Shown here piece after piece: positions 1 through 8,500 of a DNA stretch of 64,000 bases (within the stretch, counting starts at the first letter, position 1; each line of letters starts with the position of its first letter). The translations under genes were made by a program, and so were the position numbers. The DNA lies in assembly GCA_963575745.1 (NCBI GenBank), contig CAUYUJ010000114.1, forward strand, positions 930,001 to 994,000. The letters are read 5' to 3'. Below the pieces are notes generated by a model, which saw nothing but the letters and a program-made list of their open reading frames with translations, did not search any database and was not told the DNA's origin. Origin of the DNA: Prorocentrum cordatum. Its lineage: Eukaryota.

Positions 1-2754
1 TGGACAAGACAGGACAAACAGGTCAACAATTTCCGTACTACTACATCAGGCGGACCCACCTGGAATACTGTGGAACGACGGATTACATACGACACTGACA
101 ATGGCGACGTCGTCCGCGACGAGAACGTCAAAGGCGTGACAAACAAAGAAATACTGTATGCCAAATTACCTGGTGGGCCACGTGACATTACTACGGTACT
201 ATACTACCGTCAACTACCACAACAGCATGATGGAGAAGAACGTGCTTCGGTGTTTGTGGATAATGAGGGAACCGACTTTGGGACTTTGAACCCGCTTATA
301 CGCAAGTTCACCCAGTCGGTAGCAATACCAACCATGCCACGTGAGACCAGCTACACGCCGGCACACAGAGATAAAATACCAGATTCGGCATGGTCACGCC
401 CAGCACTAGTTACCAGAAACCTGAGTAAGAAAGAAGTTGCCGCAGAACCACGTGCACAAGAAGCCCTGCGAAAAGAATACGAGAGATAGGAAAAGAAACA
501 AACATGGATGTTGGAGACTGTTGCAGAAAAAGCTGATATTGAGTCACAAGCTATCCGCAAGGGAACAAAGGTGCATGTCTTCAATATCTTGGAGTTATCT
601 TCAGTCAAACATGAGGAACTTCCTCCTGATCTACGTAAATTCAAGGGCAGAGTGGTGGTTCAGGGCAATACAGGCAAAGATGAAACTGGTTTGGCCGCCA
701 TATTCGCCGACGCCGCTTCCAGTGCTTCGCATATAGAGGCTTCCAAACTTTGCGATGCTACTGCGTTATTGCCGCAATATGCGGGAGAGCAAAGTGACGC
801 ACCTGGAGCCTACACGCAGGCATTACTATACGGCGACGGACGAATTGATCCAGTTGATACTTGGATTACTATACCTAAATGGCGACAACCGACATCATGG
901 TCAAAATACAAGAACCCAGTGTGCCGATTGCGATTGGCACTATACGGACACCCTCTCGCAGGTGTCTTTTGGGAACGAAAATGCCGCACATGCTTGGAAA
1001 GCGTCGGTTTCGAGCCTATTTCAGGATGGGAATGCGTATGGAGACACAACAAACTGGGACTGATACTTTCAGTATATGTGGACGATTTTAAATTGGCCGG
1101 CCCAGCTCATAATCTACAGACTGGCTGGGATTATATTCGCAAAAGCGGTATCGATTTGGATCCACCTACCCCATACTCACAATATTTGGGTTGTGGACAA
1201 CAAGCATATGATGTACCGCAGAACATCTTCGACAAAAGAATGTCCACAATACGCCCTATGCTACCTGCACACAATGAGAAAGATTACAATACGGCCAAAC
1301 ACGTTCGTGGTATTCGACATGATTTGCTTGGTTTTACAGATCAGTGTATTGAGCGATACCTGGAATGCGCCTCCAAGCGCGCCCAGGGAGCAGGGTCGCG
1401 TCGGAAACGATCCGACTCGCCGAGGGCTTCGCGATCCAAATCGCCATCCTCCTCCGGGTCGGTCGCCAGACCTACCAGTGTGCTCAATGCACGGCCGCGA
1501 TCATCCAGTCCAGCAAAATCGGTCGACACGACATCTACCAATACCATGCCCGCCACATACCATGACCTACCCGACGCAGAGACCCCTGGCATCGGGGACA
1601 CCTCCTTCACTGAGTCCGACTATTCAGACGAGGGCATCCTCGGCCAGGACGCGGCAAGTGTACTAATGAAGATCCTGTACTTGGCACGTTGCTGTCGCTT
1701 CGATCTTCTACATCCGGTATGTATGTTGGCCAGAGAAATTACCAAATGGAATGCTACATGTGACAAACGTCTACATCGGTTGATATGCTACATCAAAACG
1801 ACGCGTACACATTGCTTACACGGATGGATAGGCGATTCGTCAGACAAGTTATCCATCATGCTCTTTACTGACGCCTCGTTCGCTGGTTGCATTACATCAT
1901 CCAAATCCACTACCGGTGTTTTTGCTGCGCTTGTTGGACCCAATACATTCTTTCCAGTCAACGCTGTATGTAAGAAACAAACGGTTGTTTCACATTCATC
2001 TACTGAATCTGAGATCGTTGCTCTCGATTCCGCACTACGACTGGAAGGGTTACCACTACTATCATTCTGGGAAGCCGTGGTGGGAGTTGCCAAAACACGC
2101 AAAGAGAAGAATGCATGCCTGAGCTGCCATCGACACGTCGACCCGGCGATGTGTCCCACATTGGCAGCCAAAAAGAAGCGTAAACCATCGCCTCGCAAGG
2201 CACCCCCTACACGGGGATCTTCTCCTAGCCGTAGGCAACTACCGCTAAATACGGATTTACCTACGACTCCAAAGAGACGTACGATATCCCATGAAGGTAC
2301 TGTACTACACGTGGATCCAGAGCCAGCTCCAGAGATCAGTGCACCCAAAGTACGTCTTATCGTCCTGGAGGATAACCAGGCCGTTATCAAAATTGTCCAA
2401 CAGGGACGTACACCAGCTTTTCGTCATCTTCATCGTACTCATCGTATCAATCTGGATTGGATATGCGAAACATGCCACTTTGAACATATCGAGCTTAAAT
2501 ACGTAGGAACAAAAGAGCAGATCGCAGATATGATGACCAAACATTTCGAGACAAAGAAAGCAGACCTTTGGAAGGATCTCTTGGAACACTCGCTTATCTT
2601 TCCCGTAACTCCGATACAATGTCCTCCGATACGAGGGCCTCGGAGGCCCGACGGCTTACCTCATGAAGCGGAACCTCCTAAATTGAATGGATGCCCAGAC
2701 ATATGCAAGATATTGTTGGCGGAAAAAGAAAGATGGGGCGAGGTAGGATCATAA
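1..2754 (+). pseudogene. pol: Copia pol: reverse transcriptase (RVT_2-type) + RNase H, interrupted by an in-frame TAG at 487-489
   Basis: RT motifs KFKGRVVVQGN, QSDAPGAYTQA, RLRLALYGHPLAGVFWE and SVYVDDFKLAG (YVDD 1075-1086). RNase H motifs FTDASFAG (1864), HSSTESEIVAL, EDNQAVIK, RHLHRTHRI and TKEQIADMMTK. Frame +1 is open from base 1 and reads EYER*EKKQTW across the stop, where a Leu is expected. Confidence 0.93.
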
Positions 2755-3885
2755 TGCGGATTTCAGTGTGTTGGGCAAGCTAACCACGAGGGACTATGTG
2801 CATGCATGTACCACATTGGCGTACCAGCCGCAGATATTGCGTCGCGCACACCTCGTTCACGCGCACGTTCACCGCGCGGTAGACATCCCCGCCATCCTCC
2901 CTCACCTCCACGAGATGCAGAGAGAGTTAGGACATTGATTATTCGTTCATACCGCAGCAATTTTACGACTCGAGCTGCAAAGCTTACAAGCATCCTGTTC
3001 GCCGCTTGCGAGGCGAATATAAGTGAGATCGGTTCTAATCCCGACCCCCCCATCCACGAGATGGATCAGGCACAGCCGCTCAACCTCGTTGGCTGGCCCA
3101 TCGGCTACGACAAGGAGTACGACCCGAACGCCAGGGACGATGACCGCGTGGGCTTCGCGTACCACGCTCAAACTGGTCGTCCTCGTGATCCCGAAGATGG
3201 TTACATATACATACATCAACGGCGTGCCGATCGAAGCGGAGAGTTCGATCTTCGTGTACCCGACGAATCTTCTATTCGTGAACTTGCCCGCTTCGCGTCC
3301 GTCGAGGCTAAGAAATGGGCCAATGCCGAGAGTGGATCCGTCGGCGGCAACGCCAACTACGAGTACAACGCGTTCACAGCTACGCCGTGGCTATCATGCA
3401 TGCGTGCTATGTGTATGATTTCCAGCCTTTTCAATCGTAATCCTTCAGTACAAGAAAGTGTTCGTGGACTACATGATCACTTGAACGCGGTGATCCCAGG
3501 ATCGCACCGCAAACGTCCACCAGAAAACTTCACGACAATGATACTGAAGACGGAGCGGATGATGATTCACAACGATTGGTCCAAAATTGGCAGTGCAGTA
3601 CTGGGACAATACACCGAGGACAGCGTTACGGATACGCAAAGATACTACAACAATGGTCTGTGTGCACCATCCGATGTATACCAGAATGGATTGGTAACGC
3701 CATGCTATGCTCCTAAAATTGATCGTGCAATGGCCAAGCTACCTACTCGTCCACCTGGCATCGCCAGGACATCGGGTACATCTGGACACATCGGCCATAT
3801 TGTTGAAGATAACTTGGTCACCAACATGAGAGCATTTTCCGACCTTAGCCAAACAAACAAATTCCGCCGCAAGCTTACTACATAG
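2755..3885 (+). CDS. Cargo segment 1 of the copia extension; unknown function, Cys/His cluster at its start
   Basis: In frame with pol directly after TAA 2752-2754 (ORF track 2806..3885). Complex, protein-like composition. No family recognised. Confidence 0.6.
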   Translation, partial: CGFQCVGQANHEGLCACMYHIGVPAADIASRTPRSRARSPRGRHPRHPPSPPRDAERVRTLIIRSYRSNFTTRAAKLTSILFAACEANISEIGSNPDPPIHEMDQAQPLNLVGWPIGYDKEYDPNARDDDRVGFAYHAQTGRPRDPEDGYIYIHQRRADRSGEFDLRVPDESSIRELARFASVEAKKWANAESGSVGGNANYEYNAFTATPWLSCMRAMCMISSLFNRNPSVQESVRGLHDHLNAVIPGSHRKRPPENFTTMILKTERMMIHNDWSKIGSAVLGQYTEDSVTDTQRYYNNGLCAPSDVYQNGLVTPCYAPKIDRAMAKLPTRPPGIARTSGTSGHIGHIVEDNLVTNMRAFSDLSQTNKFRRKLTT

Positions 3886-5553
3886 CTGACTGCGCGCGGA
3901 GGCTTTGGAAGTATCGGATCAAACACCAAGACGGTGGCAACACCATCCGACCATCCGAATGGTTGGGTGGCGATAGTGGACGATCCACATGATACAGAAC
4001 GTACCTATCGTTGGACACCATACAACGAGGGCAACGACTTCTTCGGCGAAGCCGCTGACCAGATCGGTTCGAATGACCCTGGCCTTACTCCTGGTAATGA
4101 TGTTGACCCATTTGAGCTGGACCACGCAAAATACAGTGCCTTCTGTGGTGGTCGCTTGGTGTCTACCCTACTATCAGACAATGGGTGGCACTCCCTCATA
4201 CAAGAGGACTTGGGACTACTATTGCATCATGCGTTTGGGCCATCGGGTCACGCGTACAAATGGACCAACTTGTATACTGACTCAGCATGGATCATGCAGC
4301 CCAAGAAAGGGGCCAAGAGTGCAAAACACAAGAAGTATCCTACTTTCGGCATCGACGAGCTCAACGCTGCCCAGAAGAGAATCGACCTCGCCAATGCATC
4401 AAATACTGCTCTTGTACCTCTATTTATGCCGTGCCTCAACCGCGCGGAATACATGGGCGGCGCTACTCTTGAGCATTTGTCGACCATTATCCGCGACGAC
4501 ACCATGATGTGGGCATTCTCCTTTGGCAATTATAGGGAATGGTTCAGACAAAATGACACGCCGATCGGTCAAGATTGCGTTCTCTTGCCTGAAGCTGGTT
4601 ATGAAGACATACGCTATGGTATGGAAGAACTACGCAAGCAACGTTTCGAGAAAGAAGATAGCCGTACCAACGCTATTCTCAACAATCAGTTTGAGAACAC
4701 TCTCGAGCAGCGCAATATGATCAGGAAGATCCGCGAAGCCAGAGGCCTCATGTTCCAAAGCGACAACGCTTCCACCAAGAAGTGGCGCGAGTTGAATGAG
4801 ACTATCTGGGATTATTGGGCCAATGATTTCCCATCATACGTAAAACAAAGACACTATTGCAGGGGACTCAATGCCATGGTAGTATGGAGCGCGAACGACA
4901 TCGCATGTGCCAATCATGGACAACACACCATCGACATGCGCCGACATCAGAATCGTGCTCCTACTAACGTATACGAGCTCCAAAATATGGAATGTGAGGG
5001 CGGCGTCCCGACGCTCATGCCCGTGCACGTGCTCGTGGACGTGTCACGTTTTGTCGACGTGATGCAGCATTTCCGCTGCCCCACGGTCATGGGACCTGGA
5101 AAAGCAGCGCAATGGGGCGCACATCCGAATTTTGATCACCACACGAGCGACCTGATCAATATCATGCAGAACCGTGGTATCACTGTTCTTCCATCCGACC
5201 ATTGGGTGGATACGTACGACAGGATTACCCCACAGGCTTGGCACGCCAAGCAGAATAACCATAACATGGCAATGTTTACAACGCAATTCTGCGACGCAGT
5301 ATGCTATCGCAATTTCTGCGCTTTGACACAGTCCCTGCCTTCTCAGCCATATCCATTCAGGCCACCATTGCTGACTGCTGTCACGGATGATCAAGCCTAC
5401 ACGCAGGCCAAAGAAATCATGGCAGCCTTCGATTTCAGAGAAAAGTTGACAAACGAATGGAAAAGAGACCTCAGCCTCACAACGTTGATGACACAGACGG
5501 CAAACGAGATGGCTCATTGTGCGTGGATGGCGTCATGTGCCGAGGGCACATAG
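3886..5553 (+). CDS. Cargo segment 2: SGNH/GDSL hydrolase (esterase)-like domain
   Basis: Four SGNH blocks appear in the correct order: LYTDSAW (Ser, 4276-4284), MGGATL (Gly, 4456-4467), VVWSANDI (Asn, 4885-4899) and QAWH (His, 5242-5244). The canonical block V Asp of DxxH is not in its usual position. Confidence 0.6.
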   Translation: MTARGGFGSIGSNTKTVATPSDHPNGWVAIVDDPHDTERTYRWTPYNEGNDFFGEAADQIGSNDPGLTPGNDVDPFELDHAKYSAFCGGRLVSTLLSDNGWHSLIQEDLGLLLHHAFGPSGHAYKWTNLYTDSAWIMQPKKGAKSAKHKKYPTFGIDELNAAQKRIDLANASNTALVPLFMPCLNRAEYMGGATLEHLSTIIRDDTMMWAFSFGNYREWFRQNDTPIGQDCVLLPEAGYEDIRYGMEELRKQRFEKEDSRTNAILNNQFENTLEQRNMIRKIREARGLMFQSDNASTKKWRELNETIWDYWANDFPSYVKQRHYCRGLNAMVVWSANDIACANHGQHTIDMRRHQNRAPTNVYELQNMECEGGVPTLMPVHVLVDVSRFVDVMQHFRCPTVMGPGKAAQWGAHPNFDHHTSDLINIMQNRGITVLPSDHWVDTYDRITPQAWHAKQNNHNMAMFTTQFCDAVCYRNFCALTQSLPSQPYPFRPPLLTAVTDDQAYTQAKEIMAAFDFREKLTNEWKRDLSLTTLMTQTANEMAHCAWMASCAEGT

Positions 5554-8500
5554 CCGGCATCACTGCCTGCCGAGACAGGCGACACCACTGAGCCTACTCC
5601 TGGAATGTCGACACGTACGCCAGCACCTGACCCTGGCGATCCTGACCAAACCCTTCCTGATAATGATCCATGGGTTATCGCATGCAACGACTTATTCCAG
5701 TACCTCATGCTGTTGATCAAAGAATACCCTGGGGCTTGGGCATCTTGGCATTCTCTTGAGAAAGATGAACTCCTACATCCCAAGATCGTCAAAACGGTTG
5801 AAGATGCACATGCAGTTACTTGGGTTGTATTCGAGCAATTCTTACATCAGATCAAAGATTTGGATGGAGATGATAATGCGACCAAAGCAAGAATCACTGC
5901 AGAAGATAACAGATTGTCTTCTCACCGCATCGGCCCAGCTGCCGAGAACGAGAAGAACATCGAGGCATGCAAAACATTCTTCAAGCAGAATGCACTGGAT
6001 CGAGTTGCTTTGGGTCATGACCCTGATGTTCCTACATCCGTATGGAAGGCAGCTGCCGACACAGCACAGCCAGCCCCACCAGGCCCATTGCCTGATCCAC
6101 TGCAACCTGGACCGCAATCGATAAAAGTGTCGCAACCAGCGACTCCAGAACCCAAAGCAGAACAACAACCAGCAGATCAGCTCCCAAAAGCTGAGGCGGT
6201 ATCGATCCCTGACGACGGCACCGGCCTTGAGGCCATGGAGCTGGAGGCAACTCCTGCCGAGGAGGAGCCTTCTCCACATGAGATGAATATATTGCCATGG
6301 CAGGACAGCTGTGAGCGTTCCATGCACGAGGATACCAGCAAGATCGGGATCTTCCACAACTCATGCATTATTCGCGAGTGGAAGCTACAAGCAGACGTCA
6401 AAGATGACCATCCATACATGTGCCCAATGTTGCGGGGCACGCGTGCGACCAATGGATTAACCTGCATGGGAGACCATGAATGGTACGAGCAGCGATTGCA
6501 TGATGATAGTGCGATTGCTCATGCGCCTGACATTGCACAGTCTGGTTGCTTCCCAGAGTGGAAATGGATATCATTACCACATTACGACGATGTACGTTAT
6601 GGTCCCGAGCTAATTGAGGATGAGTGGCTGGGAACAAACAAATACATGAGCAAAGACATTACGACCATGTTACGCCATGAGATTCACTACAAAAAGTTTT
6701 GGATCAACCAATTTCATGACAGACGTATCAATATCTGGGAGAAAGCAACAAAGAATGAATGGAAGATTCCAAGCAATTGGAAATCCTTTAAAGAGATGGT
6801 CGAATGGAAATTCAGAGATCGCAAAGACAAACACAATGGACCATCCATGGAAGCGGCAGTGGCACATTTTAAGAAAGATGGTGACAATGATGGATATACC
6901 GATTGGAACGACTGCTATCCGATATTCATTATTCGCGCGTTCCAGAAGCATATTGATTCGCAGAAAAACAGAATCGAGATATATGCCAAGCCGATCCCTG
7001 AGGGAAGTGACCCCAGCTCTTTTGACTGGAACAGCGTCATTGCTATTCGGTGCGTTGGTGGTCACAGCTGTGTCAATCCATCTTCCAAGCCATGGAATAT
7101 GGGATGGGAGAGCCTACAGTGGACAGATATTAAATATCTTCATCACGGCACAGCATCCCGCGCTTGGAAGAACATATTGGGGACAGGGATCATTCCTGGA
7201 TACGTTGATCCAACTTCTCAGAGAGACAAATATCATAAACCATCACAGCGATCTGAGGCATTCTTTAGTTCTAGCACATATTTGAACAATGTTCAAAATA
7301 ATCCACACACTTCAGTGGAATCGTACAAGTTCAATAACTACAAGAACGAGGTCGAGCTGGTGATCAACATGGAAATCGCCACAAAAGCAGGTTGCAGATG
7401 TTGGTTGGGTGCTCAGGGCGCTATCATGACAGAGGACGTGGTACCCGCTGCGGCAATTATTGCAGTTCGCCGCCTCAAACCACACCACATGCATGGCCAG
7501 CAGTTATGGCCAGATGGCGACCCATGGGACTACCCGCCATTGGCAGCAAGAGAGCCATTGAGCAAGTACGAGATGTGCGCCTGTCTTCCTGGAGAGCTCA
7601 TCGACGACCCTCCTGGATTAGCACCTATCGACCCCGACCAGAACATGGAGCCTCCAAGGACGACGCCAGCGTCAGCACCTTCGGTCAAGCTGGGGGAAAC
7701 CCCTGCTGGCCGTACATCTGCAGAAGACGCCTTGGATGAACAAATAGTCCGCGCTATGATTCGGGAGACCAATCACAAAGCAGATGATAAAGAATGGTTA
7801 ATTGCATTGTCATGCTGTCGCGAAGCTCTTCGACCGATCACATCGAAGATCATGCAAAAAGATTGGGACCGTCGCCCTGCATTTAATGATGTTCGAATGG
7901 GAGACTTCATTGTGGTCAAGAATTGGGGTTCTACCAAATGCTTTCATTGCGACAACCACTGGCCCAAAGGCAATCACAATACCAAGATTGCCTTGACCAA
8001 GGGACACATATATGGTCCAACCATCCATTTCGGCATCTTCGACAAGTTCTTTGCGGTACAAGTACCTATTCTCAACTACGGTTTACGATGGGTAAACATA
8101 TGGTATAATGACAAAAGCATGCCCCTCAAGGGCGTTGTCTTTGCATTACCGATTCGTACCGAAGAACACGCCATTGACCCAACGTGGATGGAGACCGTCC
8201 TGAAAGGTCCGACATCATGCAGCGAAAAGATACTCCAGCACAAGACTGATGGCAGTTCACCATACCTTGGCATGCCGAGCATTCATAGACCACGTATTCC
8301 GCGTACACCGCCCAGAAGGCCCGCTCCTCGGACACCCGATCCAGACGAGCTGGTGGCCACACCTGCCGAGGACAACGCTCAGACGGGCGACAATCCTCGA
8401 CAGACTGCAGCATCATCGCGTGATCCTTTGATCACCATAATCGTGGACATATCGAACATAACGCTCACCGCTGATGAGAAAGCTGCGAACGACAACATGA

